A stretch of 64,000 nt of DNA from Octopus bimaculoides (taxonomy: Eukaryota), in contig NC_068986.1 of the NCBI RefSeq assembly GCF_001194135.2, positions 81,772,336-81,836,335 of the forward strand, in the 5' to 3' direction. Position 1 is the first letter of the stretch. The number at the start of each line of letters is the position of its first letter. The notes beneath the pieces were generated by a model. That model saw nothing but the letters and a program-made list of their open reading frames with translations. It had not been told where the DNA came from and did no database searches. This document shows positions 1 through 12,952 of the stretch, one piece after another. Position numbers and translations under genes: made by a program.

Positions 1-168
1 TATACGACGGGCTTCTTTCAGTTTCTGTCCACCAAATCCACCCACAAGGCTTTGATCAGCGCGAGGCTATAGTAGAAGGCACTTGCCTGAGGTACCACGT
101 AGTGGAACTGAACCCGGAACCATGCGGTTGGTAAGCAAGCTACTTACCACACAGCCACTCCTGTGCCT
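1..168 (-). mobile_element. tRNA-headed SINE, 5' portion (3' part runs off the window start)
   Basis: The reverse complement reads gtggctgtgtggtaagtagcttgcttaccaaccgcatggttccgggttcagttccact (A-box/B-box-like), then the same body seen in many other copies in the window. Confidence 0.85.
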
Positions 169-769
169 ACTGAGAAATATTTAACCACCATCACAAAGTC
201 TTGGTAATGTTTGTACTCTATTCAATGTGTCTGAAGTCCTACCTATCGTTTTGTCTATACACAGATGCACATTCCAAACTTTAGCATTCATGAGAGAAAA
301 AGAAAGAAGAAAAAAAAGATCCTGTTGGATCCCACAACTCTTTTTCACACTCTTACATCAGGTGCCTATACTGCAATTAGTCTGGCATTCGGATGTCTTG
401 TAGATGTATGTGACAAAAGAATTAGAAAACGTAACCAATGCTTACCTCAAATTGATCTTTGTAAGGAATCGTGATTTATTTCTGTCTGACGTTCTAAATC
501 ATTCATCTAATAATAGATGCAACCAAAGTAGAGCATGCAGCATCAGTTCATTGACCCACCAAGTAGAGGTGTTACATATACTGGAAAAGGGAGAAGCTAC
601 AGGGAATATGGAACAATTGCTTGCTATGGTGGTACTCTAGCATGACCTTAGCTGTGATGGCTAAACCAGTGTGTGTGTATCTATATTTATATATGAGTTT
701 GACTCAGAATCGCATTATATAATGTTCCACAGGGGAAAGAAAAATATTGATTTTTTTCAGATGCTTCAT

Positions 770-942
770 TTTACACACACTTCTATATATATATGTGTAT
801 GTGTATAGATATGTGTTTCACCATTATGTTTATATATATATATATGTTTACATACATATATGTGTGTGTGTGAATATATATATGTATATATATATATATA
901 CATACATAGTATATATATATATGTTATTATATACATATATAA

Positions 943-975
<33 letters not shown>

Positions 976-1200
976 ATATATATGTATATACATATATATG
1001 TATATATATATGTATATATATGTACATACATACATATATATATATATNNNNNNNNNNNNNNNNNNNNNNNNNNNNNNNNNNNNNNNNNNNNNNNNNNNNN
1101 NNNNNNNNNNNNNNNNNNNNNNNNNNNNNNNNNNNNNNNNNNNNNNNNNNNNNNNNNNNNNNNNNNNNNNNNNNNNNNATATATATGTATATACATACAG
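770..1200. repeat. Compound (TA)n/(TG)n microsatellite spanning an N-gap (1048-1178)
   Basis: Direct reading. It explains the YIYI/CVCV ORFs. Confidence 0.95.
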
Positions 1201-1814
1201 AAACACATTTCTTTATATATACAAACATTCATACATGTTCATCCAGACACACATGTTTGTGTATGTAATTTATTGACTTTGGTTATCACCAAACTCAGAG
1301 AAAGTCCTAATGAACTATTGATTCTGAAAGGCGTCTTTATTTATCCAAGACCATCTCTTGTTTCTTGCTAATACTTTTCTTTCTTCCTACCTTCCTTTAC
1401 AGTCTCAGCCAACATTGCTATTTGTGTCAACATTCATTTACTCTTTGTTCTCATCTTTCGAAGTATTCATTCATTTTACTTCTCCAAGATGTCATACATT
1501 CCCACAAGTTCTGCCGACAATCTATCGATTTGTGACTGATCTGCCTTGGTTGTTTGAAGTGATTGTTTGGGGTACATGACAAAATAGGAGTTGTCTAACA
1601 GCTTCGTTCTCTATCTATTGAAATAGAAAATTAAAAATGACAATGATGAAATTGCTTGTGATGGTTATAACAGATTGCTTTGAATTGATAGACTTTTGTT
1701 TTTAGTAATTGTCTTATATTACTACATTTATATATTTCCATTTAATATTGTACAGAAATGGTAATACAATGCTGAGGCTGTTACTGTCTATAGTTGTGCC
1801 ATATAGTGTTACTA

Positions 1815-2041
1815 TTGGATTGGTGCATAATTATTGCAGCTTTTTGCAACAAATATTATTCAACAAAAACAATGACAATATCTAACAAAAACATCTTTAG
1901 ATTACAGTCTGACCATCTGCCAAGCAAATGGGAAGCAGTAATTGAAGTAGATGGTGAATATGCTCCGGAATAATCATTTAAAGATGTTTTTGTTACACGT
2001 TTTTGTTGAATAAAAGCCGCAATAATTATGCACTAGCCCAA
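1815..2041 (+). mobile_element. Mariner-derived foldback MITE with TA target duplication
   Basis: TA|ttggattggtgcataattattgcagcttttt ... aaaagccgcaataattatgcactagcccaa|TA. The imperfect inverted arms extend about 85 bp. The centre encodes DHLPSKWEAVIEVDGEYAPE*, like a mariner transposase C-terminus. Confidence 0.88.
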
Positions 2042-2276
2042 TAGTTTGTGTAGCTTGATATACATTGGCTGGGGTCATATTATTGGAGGATGATGTTAGG
2101 AGCTGTTTGTTTACATACATATAGTAGGTAGACAAGCAGACAACTCTATTAGATAGATTTGAACTTTTTTGGCACCACCACCACCACAGCACATATTGAT
2201 AAGAGCCACTACACAGTTGCTCAACCTGCTGGAAATAACTGTCAAATCTTTCTCAAATCTCACTGTAGTATCTTGA

Positions 2277-2498
2277 CCCTTTAGCATTTAAACTGGTCAT
2301 ATCCAGCTCAAATATCCTTCTTGTCTTATGTTCTAACCAGCCAGATCTGGCCTTTTGACACCTATTCTACAATGTCATTCTAAAAATAAACAAATTGCAT
2401 CACTGAAACCTCAAAATTACAAGATAACACATGATCAATTCAAAACAATGTGAATAAATAAGCATTGCATTTAACTGAGTAATCTGAATATTAAAGGG
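2277..2498 (+). mobile_element. piggyBac-like MITE family 1 (CCC...GGG|TTAA); related copies at about 43880-44055 and 56358-56586 (opposite orientation)
   Basis: ttga|ccctttagcatttaaa ... atattaaaggg|ttaa. The internal motif ccagccagatctg/cattctaaaaat is shared with the two other copies. Confidence 0.65.
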
Positions 2499-3521
2499 TT
2501 AAGAAAGGTTTGAAAATGTGATCCTTAGTGCCTTGTGCTTGGGAAGAAACCAGATGATATCAGCTGGCTATGAATCTATTGAATCGGCTTTGATCTGGGA
2601 TCAACTACAACAACTATATAAACAACTGCTATTTCTTGCAAGTCAAGTGACCATATAGATAGATGCTCTCCTATTGGTTTGCCATTCTTTAATCTATGTA
2701 GGTGCTTGCTTTAATTATCTTCATTAAGACATTAACAATATAAATTGTTAGCTAAGTGACCATCTCCAGTTAATAAGTCAATGTTTGATGAATGTGATTG
2801 AGAGATAAGTAATTTCCTGAAGACCATTGTTGTTACTGCTGTAGCTCAAGAAGTGAAGTAATATACAGCTTATGTTTTAATGCCAGTCTTTTGTATGGAA
2901 TGCTGAGCTTGATCTGCTTATCTTAATTGTCTCATTTTCTAATTATTATAATTAGGTCTAAGTGTACAAGCAAATCTACAGAATGAAACGCCTCCCCAGC
3001 TTTGTGTCATGGTTTCCTATTAAAATAGAAGCAACATTTCTCAGAAATCTATGGACTTCTTTCAAAGGACACATTTCCTGTTTATTGTGAAATACCATAG
3101 CAACTTCACTTGTTTCAATCATTCATTCATCACCTTGTGTGTGTGTGTGTGTGGGTGGGTGTGCGCACGTGCGTGTGTGTGTGTTTGTCTCTCTCTCTCT
3201 CTCCATATACAACAGTCATTGTTCTGTGCTGTCATATCTACATCACACAATACAACCAGTATTCCATAGCAATGTTTGAACAATGAGGTGTAATTCAACC
3301 ACAAATGTTGAATTCCCAGATCAGGGTTTGCACTCATTCTGTGATTCTTAATACAAGACCGATTTTTCGAAATTTGACTTCTCAGTTTATAGGTCACATA
3401 GGAATCTTCCTATTAATATTTCTTTTTTAGTATTTTTAGAGTGACAGGCAGTTCCTATAGACAGACAAAAGAAGTAGCTTGATGATATTGAATATGTGTA
3501 ATTGAAGTTGATTATTATTAA

Positions 3522-3690
3522 TCATCATCATTGTCAACATCATCAACATTTAACATTCATTTTCCATGCTGGCATGGGTTGGACAGCATGACAAGAACTG
3601 GCAAGGCTGGAGCTGCACCAGGTTCCATAGTCTGTTTTGGCTTGTTTGCTATGGCAGGATGCCCTTCTAATGCCAAGGCAGCAAGCTGGC
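3522..3690 (-). mobile_element. RTE-type 3' tail fragment ending in (ATG)n
   Basis: catcatcat...ttttccatgctggcatgggttggac...ggatgcccttctaatgccaa, the same tail that follows RTE ORF2 at 32140-32600. Confidence 0.8.
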
Positions 3691-5076
3691 AGAATCATTA
3701 ACACACTGGGAAAAATGCTTAACAGCATTCTGAGTTCTAATTCTGCTGAGGTTGACTTTGCCTTTCATTCTTGCAGGGTCAGTAAAATAAGTACCAGCTG
3801 AGTACTAGGGTTGATGTAATTAACTTAACCACTTCCCATGAAATTGCTGGTCTTGTGCCAATATTTGAAACCAACAATGGAAATATTTTGTTTAGAATGC
3901 TGTCATTTAAAATTTTAATGGCTTGATTAGTTGTGATTCTTGTATAACATCAGAACGTCATATGTTCAAATCTTGTTTAACATTATGAGAATTAAAGCAT
4001 CCTAGAGATTAATCACAACATTACTCCAACAATTCTTACTTCTTTATTATTCAAATAGTTGAACAAAACTAATTCTTCAAGTCACGTTTTGAGTCTTACA
4101 TTGGTGACAGAATTAAGTGAAACCTACAATTATCCAACATGTTAATGTTAAATTCACTTGCCAGTCTAGCTATTTCATATTGTTAACATCAAACTATAAA
4201 GTTACTAAAGTACACCTACTGTGATTTTTGTACAAATATCAGCAAGGTGTACTTGTGTTAATATTTATATTGGTTATCAATAGTTCACTTCATTCTGTAT
4301 TTTACTCTGTGATTCCAAATAAGAAAATTACTGTCTAAGAATTGGCATTAATGGCTTGAACAGGCCTTCTACAAAACATTGATTCAATTGGATGTTAGAG
4401 GAATCAATTGGATGTTATTATTGTTAATGAGGTTGGCTTGCTCAGATATCCAACTTACACACGAAATCCTGAAAATTTCTTTGGTTCATCAGATTACATT
4501 TTTTTCTTTGTTATATGTGAAATTTCTCAGTTTGCCAAGTATTAGAAATGAAAGATGGAAAGTGAGGAAGAATTATTGAACAAAATAGTGTCTAGCTTTA
4601 GTTGAAGGAAATGGCAAAAGTAAGACACTGATTGTTGTTGATCAGTGTCATATTGAAATAAACTTCAAATGATTGATTTAATGCAGTAGCAGTTGCAACA
4701 ACAGAACAGATATTTCTAAATGTAATACTATTTCTGTGATTTGTTTTCTTTCCTAAATTGTTGGTTTTTTTTATTATTTAGTAAAATAGGTATGGTGGAG
4801 TAGGATGTGTGGTGGTGGTGGTGGACTGTGTCTGGTTTATTTGATGATGTATAGCGGTGGTGTGACATAGGTGTTGAATGTGGTGGAATGGTATGAGTGT
4901 AATGGGAGGGCATGGAATATGTCTAGTGTATTTGATTATGTGTAGTCATGTGTGGTGGAGTGCCTTATTTATTTAATTATGTGTAGTGCTCTATAGAGTG
5001 GGGTGTAGTGGAATTTGGTAGTATTTAGTATGTTTATATGAAGGGAACATGTTACATGTTAACTTCTTACAGCAAT

Positions 5077-5275
5077 AGATGTTGACTCTCTGCAACAATG
5101 GATGTCCACTCCCTGTGACAATGTATGTCCACTCCCAGCAACAACGGATGTCCACTCCCAGCAGCAATGAATGTCCACTCCCTGTGACAATGTATGTCCA
5201 CTCCCTACTACAATGGATGTCCACTCCCTGCAACAACAGATGTCACCTTCCCTACAACAGATGTCGACACCCTAT
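5077..5275. repeat. 23-bp minisatellite, about 8-9 copies, with 69-bp (3-mer) higher-order repeat
   Basis: Unit GGATGTCCACTCCCTGCAACAAT. The ...ccctgtgacaat-gtatgtcc... variant recurs after 69 bp. Confidence 0.92.
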
Positions 5276-5337
5276 AGCTATGAAATTTTGTATTCCTGTC
5301 TGTATTTCAGTGACACCATTGATCTTTAAACTAATTA

Positions 5338-5371
<34 letters not shown>

Positions 5372-6137
5372 NNNNNNNNNNNNNNNNNNNNNNNNNNNNN
5401 NNNNNNNNNNNNNNNNNNNNNNNNNNNNNNNNNNNNNNNNNNNNNNNNNNNNNNNNNNNNNNNNNNNNNNNNNNNNNNNNNNNNNNNNNNNNNNNNNNNN
5501 NNNNNNNNNNNNNNNNNNNNNNNNNNNNNNNNNNNNNNNNNNNNNNNNNNNNNNNNNNNNNNNNNNNNNNNNNNNNNNNNNNNNNNNNNNNNNNNNNNNN
5601 NNNNNNNNNNNNNNNNNNNNNNNNNNNNNNNNNNNNNNNNNNNNNNNNNNNNNNNNNNNNNNNNNNNNNNNNNNNNNNNNNNNNNNNNNNNNNNNNNNNN
5701 NNNNNNNNNNNNNNNNNNNNNNNNNNNNNNNNNNNNNNNNNNNNNNNNNNNNNNNNNNNNNNNNNNNNNNNNNNNNNNNNNNNNNNNNNNNNNNNNNNNN
5801 NNNNNNNNNNNNNNNNNNNNNNNNNNNNNNNNNNNNNNNNNNNNNNNNNNNNNNNNNNNNNNNNNNNNNNNNNNNNNNNNNNNNNNNNNNNNNNNNNNNN
5901 NNNNNNNNNNNNNNNNNNNNNNNNNNNNNNNNNNNNNNNNNNNNNNNNNNNNNNNNNNNNNNNNNNNNNNNNNNNNNNNNNNNNNNNNNNNNNNNNNNNN
6001 NNNNNNNNNNNNNNNNNNNNNNNNNNNNNNNNNNNNNNNNNNNNNNNNNNNNNNNNNNNNNNNNNNNNNNNNNNNNNNNNNNNNNNNNNNNNNNNNNNNN
6101 NNNNNNNNNNNNNNNNNNNNNNNNNNNNNNNNNNNNN
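5372..6137. other. Assembly gap (largest). Other gaps: 1048-1178, 15240-15249, 21679-21980, 29702-29717, 40861-41223, 41898-42228, 58962-58971
   Basis: Runs of N, mostly adjoining (TA)n/(CA)n tracts or repeats. Confidence 0.99.
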
Positions 6138-6478
6138 TTCTAGTGAGACAGTTGCAGGAGAAATACCTAGCTGAGGATAAACCTCTGTACCTGGCTTTCG
6201 TTGACATGGAGAAAGCCTTTGACAGGGTCCCCCGATCCCTTATCTGGTGGTCAATGAGGAAACTTGGGATAGAAGAATGGTTAGTGAGAGCTGTGCGAGC
6301 CATGTACAGAGATGCTGCCAGTAAGGTGAGGGTTGGAAATGAGTACAGCAATGAATTCCGGGTAGAGGTAGGGGTCCACCAAGGTTCCGTCCTCAGCCCC
6401 CTCTTATTTATCATAGTCCTCCAGGCAATCACAGAGGAGTTCAAGACAGGTTGCCCCTGGGAGCTCCTCTATGCTGAT
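6138..6478 (+). mobile_element. RTE-clade LINE reverse transcriptase fragment, uninterrupted reading frame
   Basis: LVRQLQEKYLAEDKPLYLAFVDMEKAFDRVPR...GVHQGSVLSPLLFIIVL...WELLYAD: RT motifs D.EKAFD, G..QGS.LSPLLF and YAD(D). It emerges from the gap and stops at the catalytic motif. Confidence 0.93.
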
Positions 6479-6499
6479 AAATTAACCTAGCTGATCAAT

Positions 6500-6830
6500 T
6501 AACCTCACTTTATTGAAGACACCTCCTGTCCTTGCTGCATATACCTGCTATTCTCTCTGTGCTTGCTACTTGCTCTATTGCTATACATACATGGTATCTC
6601 CAGCTCTAGCTGTTTTATTTCTTCATATATATGCTATTCCTCCCCTCTACCCATTGCTACTATAACAGACTCTGTTGTTCACAACTTGCTCATTACATTC
6701 GAATTCTACTTTAATGCTTCTATTATATCTAATTCTCTACTAATTGACCTTGTATGCCTTCACATGGTTCCTCATCTTGCTAAAAATAGCAGCAAAAGTT
6801 TCCATCAAATTATATCTTACTGTTTTAAAT
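6500..6830 (-). mobile_element. Possible highly decayed LINE apurinic-endonuclease fragment
   Basis: The minus-strand frame gives ...SSNG*RGGIAYI*RNK..., resembling the GGVAI motif of APE domains. There are many stops, so this is weak. Confidence 0.25.
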
Positions 6831-7330
6831 TAGGAATGAAACATTAGATAATGTAGTTCTAGATGCACTTTAGTTAAAAAAAAAAAAAAAAAAGGTAGGT
6901 TGGAGGAGGAGGACCGTTGCTGGAATGTTTATGATCATGGGTCAACGGGATCAGATTTCATCTGGCGATAAAATAACATCATCACCATTTCTGATGTCTG
7001 ATACCCCATAAACTACCCAGGCATTACATTCTCTCCAGTCTGTGTTTTCAAAGTTGTCCAATTTTTCAAAATCTCATTATCGCAATTGAACTTGTTCACT
7101 TCCTGTCTATTTTCTGGGTCAGAGTAGTTCCCTGCTTTGAGTTCCTACTCTTTGAGTCATAAATGACCCCATTTAAAGTATGGACAATACTCCTTCTTTA
7201 AAAATAATTATAAATGCTCCTCACATCAAGTATAGTACAGTAAAATGTTTGGTAGAGTAATTATAGACACTGTGCATGAGTGTATATGTGAAATTTTTCT
7301 TTCTGTTTCTGTCTTTCTGCCTGTCTGTCA

Positions 7331-7470
<140 letters not shown>

Positions 7471-7539
7471 CCATACTTATTTGTGTTTATACATTATGAC
7501 CTTATGTGTATATTCCTGGTCTGTTTATGTGTATGTGTG

Positions 7540-7573
<34 letters not shown>

Positions 7574-9975
7574 CACATGTATATAAATATTTAAATGTTT
7601 GTGTTCATATCTTTTGAAGCCAGTACATACTGTATATGTATCTGATTGATAATGGTCTCAGTGACATTTCGTAAGAATAATAGGGCTATTCATGCCATCA
7701 CAGAGCAAGCAGTTGATGATGGAATTTCTCATATTGCTTCACTGGTTCAGCTTAGAGAGAGAAATCTCTGGTTTTACAAGGAAGATGTCAGAGTATCAGT
7801 AACGTTTTATATAGGAAGAACACTACTTCTGTTGATAATAAACAGCTGTTTAAAGGTTTTCAAATATTGCACATTTCTTCATTGGTTCCCATGTTGTATG
7901 GTTTGACTATGTCTTTGCTGAAATGGTAAGTTTGTTTTGTTGTGCATGCATGCGTGTGTGTGTGTGTGCATGCATGCATGCATGCACTCAATTCAAATGA
8001 ATAGGATTTCATATTAAGATAAAGTGAATGTGGGAATGAACTTGAGAGGAGATGAAAGACGTGTTTGATGTATTGATTTCTACCTTAGTTACAAGGGCTG
8101 GTTGATATAATTGATTATATTGATCCCAGTAGTTAAATGGTACTTATTTTATCGATTCTCCTCTCCATCTTGGAGAGATAAAAGGTACCTTGCTACTATT
8201 CAAAATCAGGCTGGAAATGACCACAATGAATTACTACAATACTTTTACTGATTTTGTACCCCATGTGTCTCACACATACATATGCACTCATTCCTTCATT
8301 CATTCATTCATTCATTCATTCATTCAGTCATTCATTTGAGCTTATATTGTGGCCAATCCATTATTATTTAAACAGTTGTAGTTCAGTAGAAGAGACCTTT
8401 TAACCTTACCTTTTGACTGTAAATTTTCTTGATGTGTGTATTTATATCACTGATGGGGTCTGAAAATAGATGGGGTGGGGTGTTTTTAATTAGTATTTTT
8501 ATTATTGGGTGTAAGGATAAAGAAGAAGAGGGAAGGACCCAGAACTGATAATATCGACAGGTACATCTAGCTGTAGTGCATTGTCGGGATCAGAACCTAG
8601 CAATCCTTGCTGAGCTATTCCCAACAAGTTTAAACAGTGTAACTATTTCCTGAAAGTGTGTTGGTGTGTGTCAAAATAATTTCTCTCTTTACACATATTT
8701 TCTCTCCACAACACGCATACATACATGCCACTCATTCTCTCTCTCACCTGCCACAACACACACACACACACAGTTTAACAAGTTTTACTACTTCACTTTT
8801 TGCTGTGTTGGTGTGTATGTAAATAACTTACTTCTTTGTGCTACTACACACACACTCTCTCTCACTTCCTAACGCAAACACACACACACACTGCTCATAT
8901 ACATAATAACAAACATACACATACTACAGTTATCTTTTTTTATCTGGAATTTCCCCTTCTCCCTCTCCACTTGGCTTCATTGACTTCCTTGCCATCAATA
9001 ATAGCAGTGGTTGCTGTTTAATTGGGATAGGTCATAGTCCCCTTTGGAATACTATGACTGTATTATTAGCGATGTCACTATTGTCGTTTAACCTCTGGTC
9101 AGCCCTCATCAAACAGACCTATGCTCAAATATATTTAAAGCTATGGTCATCACATCTTTGTAGTGATCTGTGGGTGTACATAATCCCACTGTGTCCTTCC
9201 CTTTTTAATTTAGTAGGATGTAATTTGAGATAGATTTGGCTACTATATCTTGTCGGTCTACTGGGCACTTAGAGGCTGTTGTTGCAAATGATGATGATGG
9301 TGGTGGTGGTAGTGGTGGAAATAATGGTGCTAGTCAAGGAAATGGTGATGATGATAGTAGTAGTGGTAGTAGTAGTATTGGTACTGGTATTGATAGAACT
9401 ACTGATGGTTGTGATGGTCTATAATGGCAAGCCATATTACTGTGACTTTCACCATTTTTGTTATTTGTCCAACTGGTTCTACATAACATATCAACCAACC
9501 AATACATATATACACAGTATATACACAAGCTTCACTCTCTTGTATACATACATGTATTATAATGTCTGTTTATCAAAATACATTTGTTGACGTATGCAAG
9601 TGACAACATGTAAGCATTTTAACACACACATACCCTCACCGTCCCTCACTAATCAGTAAACTCCTAGAACTCGACAGCCCATACCCTGCCCCTAAACAAC
9701 ACAAAAGCTTTTTCAGAATGCACTTAAACCTCATAATGCTAAAACAGGTTTTGTAATTTTCCCAGTCTGTCGTGAAGACAATCTATATCATTTCTATACA
9801 CACTTTATCCACAACTTATCAATCGATCATTCATTTAACACAGTATTTCTGTACACGTTTCATAGTTAGCATGTGTTCACCTCTTGTACATAGAGATACG
9901 CTTGTACACACGCACACACACCTTAATATATCTGTGTATGTATAACACTGTCATATAATTGTATACATGTGTACA

Positions 9976-10028
<53 letters not shown>

Positions 10029-10668
10029 CGTAAAATTTGTATTCTCTTTTATAATTTTAATTTCTATATAAGCCATAGTTTGACTTATACTACAGACATA
10101 ATGTCTCTGTGTTTATGTGAATTTATGTGGTATGTATTTGTGTGTCCATGTGGTCAAAGAGTGGGTAGAGACCCAGAGATCACATCCTCATGTCTCACAA
10201 TATTCTATATTAATAATTGTAATCACTGACTTATTGATACTATGTAATATTAGATGTGTGACTAAGGCATATCTATACAAAGCTACACATCAAAGGTATT
10301 CCATGACTGACAAAAAAAAACAACAAAAAAAACAACTGTAAGCATATACAAAAATGCATGATGGTAATGTGTGTGTGTTTGTGTGTTCGGTGGAACAAAC
10401 AGATAAAAGAGAACTCAATACATTAAAATATTTGTATATTATTCAATTGTAAGGTTACATAAGTGAGTCAATGGGTGAGAGTTTTGTTCATTGCATTTAG
10501 TTTGATAAGTGTGATGCACAAAGCTTGCAGCGCTTGAGTTCTGTGTGTGTGTGTGTGTCTATGCATTTGCACACAACGTAAATTAATCCCTTTCTCTATT
10601 CGGTGCACACTATTGTTCATATGTTTGTAAATAGTTTCCTTCTGGACTTCATACATTCTCTATATATA

Positions 10669-10880
10669 ATCATCAGCAACATTCAACATCTATTTTCCAT
10701 GCTGGCATGGGTTGGGTGACCTGACAGGAACTAGCAAGGCCAGGGGCTGCACCAGGTTCCATAGTCTGTTTTGACTTGGTTTCTACAGCTGGATACCCTT
10801 CCTAATGCCAACCACTTTACATAGCATACTCGGTGCCTTTTACGTGGAACCATCACCAGTGCTTTTTACTTGGCACCAGT
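10669..10880 (-). mobile_element. RTE-type 3' tail fragment
   Basis: ttttccatgctggcatgggttggg...ctacagctggatacccttcctaatgccaaccact...ggtgccttttacgtg. Confidence 0.8.
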
Positions 10881-12486
10881 GTCCTATGTTCTTTATCCTT
10901 CTATATGTTACATGTCAGACCACTATTTCCCTATATATTGTCTAAGGTTCTCTGTGATGCACATTTTATCCACTCTTGTTCATACCAGAATTTTCATAGG
11001 TGCTCCATAATTTTCCTTCTCTACATTAGAAACCACTTACTGTTTGTTACATCTAATAACAGATTCTTAGACATATGATCCCACCCATTACTGCTCTGTA
11101 AATCTTCCACACACAGATATCAACCATACACAACCAAAATGTCTTATTTTAAACCAGTGCTACCCCTGTAAATAGGACCAAACCCAAGACAGTTGGGAAG
11201 CAAGCTTCTAAATTACATAGCAATGCACCTATAATTATGGTAAGTTAATTATTTACATGATGCTACTCAGATTGATTTGTTAACTCTGGTATAACTGTAT
11301 CACTCTGTAGTATTGTAATTAACCCTATAGTGTAGTTGTGGCAATTTAGACACTCTTGTGGTATATTAGTTCCTCCTACGGTATAATTTTGCAAGGTTAG
11401 TTATCTCTAAATACCAGCTTATGTATGGTAGGCTAGTTAGTCACCATTGTGGTACAGCTCTGATATATTAGTTATCTCTGTGTATGTCTATGGTAACTTA
11501 ATTACCACTTGTATAGCAGTACTGTGGTATAATTCTGGTAGACTTGTTAACCTCCCATTTCTCTGGTAGCTTTTATAGGTTACTTCAGCTAAGTGTTACC
11601 GATGTGATAGTTTATTTTAAACTTAGTGGTATAGTTGTAGTAGGTTAGTTTACCATGCAGTAGTCATCTATATCTTCCCCAACCAAATACCAAATGGTAC
11701 AGTGAGAATCTGGTGGAATTTTTCCAGATATAAAGAGAAAATATAAACTAAAGTTTAAATGTTATCAAATCATACAACTTCAGCTTGTATGCATAGAAAA
11801 TTTTATCATTATCACCACCTGCCACCAATAGTGCTGCCATCATCATCATTGTACTGATGATGATGATGATGATTTCAGTTCAATTACTTCATTGCTTCTG
11901 CAGATAACTTAAGCACCAGTGCTGGTTGGTTGCCTAAGCAACAAAACCTCTTCTGCACTTGAAGTGAGTCATTATTGCAGTTTTTGATGTTTGGAAAATA
12001 ATTAGTTCATTGTTTTGCACTGTCAGTATGAGTGGAATATCAGGTTGATGGTCAGCCTACTTCAAAACTTCACATTCTCCGCACCAATTATATGGTCACT
12101 AACTGATATTTCACCACTGACCTCTTTATGTCTGTCTATCATTTCCATGATCCTCTTTTTACAAGTTTGCTAATATCACACAAGTTATCAATATAAAGTG
12201 TGTTCTCTAATGAGTTTAAACACATTCTATAAGATCATTAAAAGATTGACAGAGCATTTTATATAGGCTCCACTTTATTATGTAATCTCGCCTGCTTTCT
12301 TGTGGGCTCAGAAACAACTTTAGCCTTTCTATATAAGTATAGTAAAAAAAAAAAAACCCTTTATGATGGAATCTGCTACTTCTGAGAGATTACCTTCATG
12401 TATGACTCTTGGAAACAATTTTACAACTTCTACATAGTGATACCTGGAAGCTGACCTAACACTTGTTTCTTGTGAGCCCCAGGTAA

Positions 12487-12737
12487 TCATCATTGTCATC
12501 ATCATTCTAATGTTCACTTTTCCATGCCTGCATGAGTTGGACAGAATTTTGTTGTGGTATGTTTTCACAGCTGGATACCCTCCCTGTCACTAACCCTCAT
12601 TCGTTTTCAAGTAAACTACAATTTCTCCATGGTTAGACATGTTTTACACAGAAAATTAGGAACAAAGGTCACTGCTTGTATGATGGAGACATTTGTTTCC
12701 AACTATCATGCAATGTCAAGACAAGGAGACAGTAACA

Positions 12738-12783
<46 letters not shown>

Positions 12784-12952
12784 CATACATACACATGTTG
12801 GGCTTCTTTCAGTTCCTGTGTACCAAATCCATTCAAAAGGCTTTGGTTGGCTCTGGGCTATAAAAGAAGAAACTTGCTCAAGGTCTCACAAAGTGGTTTT
12901 GAACCCAGAGCCATGTGGTTGGGAAGCAAACTTCTTACCACAGAGCCATGTA
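12487..12952 (-). mobile_element. Full-length tRNA-headed SINE with internal (CA)n and RTE-like (ATG)n tail
   Basis: Head (rc catggctctgtggtaagaagtttgcttcccaaccacatgg), body, microsatellite, middle cttgacattgcatgatagttg, tail ...gcatggaaaagtgaacattagaatgatgatg. Confidence 0.85.

Noticed and set aside
265-474. 69-aa ORF starting right after an acceptor-like ctatacacag|ATG
   Set aside because: No recognisable motif and no matching donor or phase link to Pka-R1. It does not resemble the RI D/D domain.
747-1371. Multiple long ORFs (YIYI/CVCV/THTH)
   Set aside because: Translations of dinucleotide microsatellites and N-gaps. The same applies to ORFs at 5079-6444, 21651, 34814-35243 and 40709-42339.
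9236-9424. Gly/Asp/Ser-rich ORF
   Set aside because: Degenerate (GGT/GAT/AGT)n trinucleotide tract with no splice support.
11237-11245. Second ATG|GTAAGT donor-like site
   Set aside because: It lies at the end of a SINE remnant and the start of a degenerate repeat, with no supporting context. Kept only as a chance-occurrence control for the 7925 candidate.
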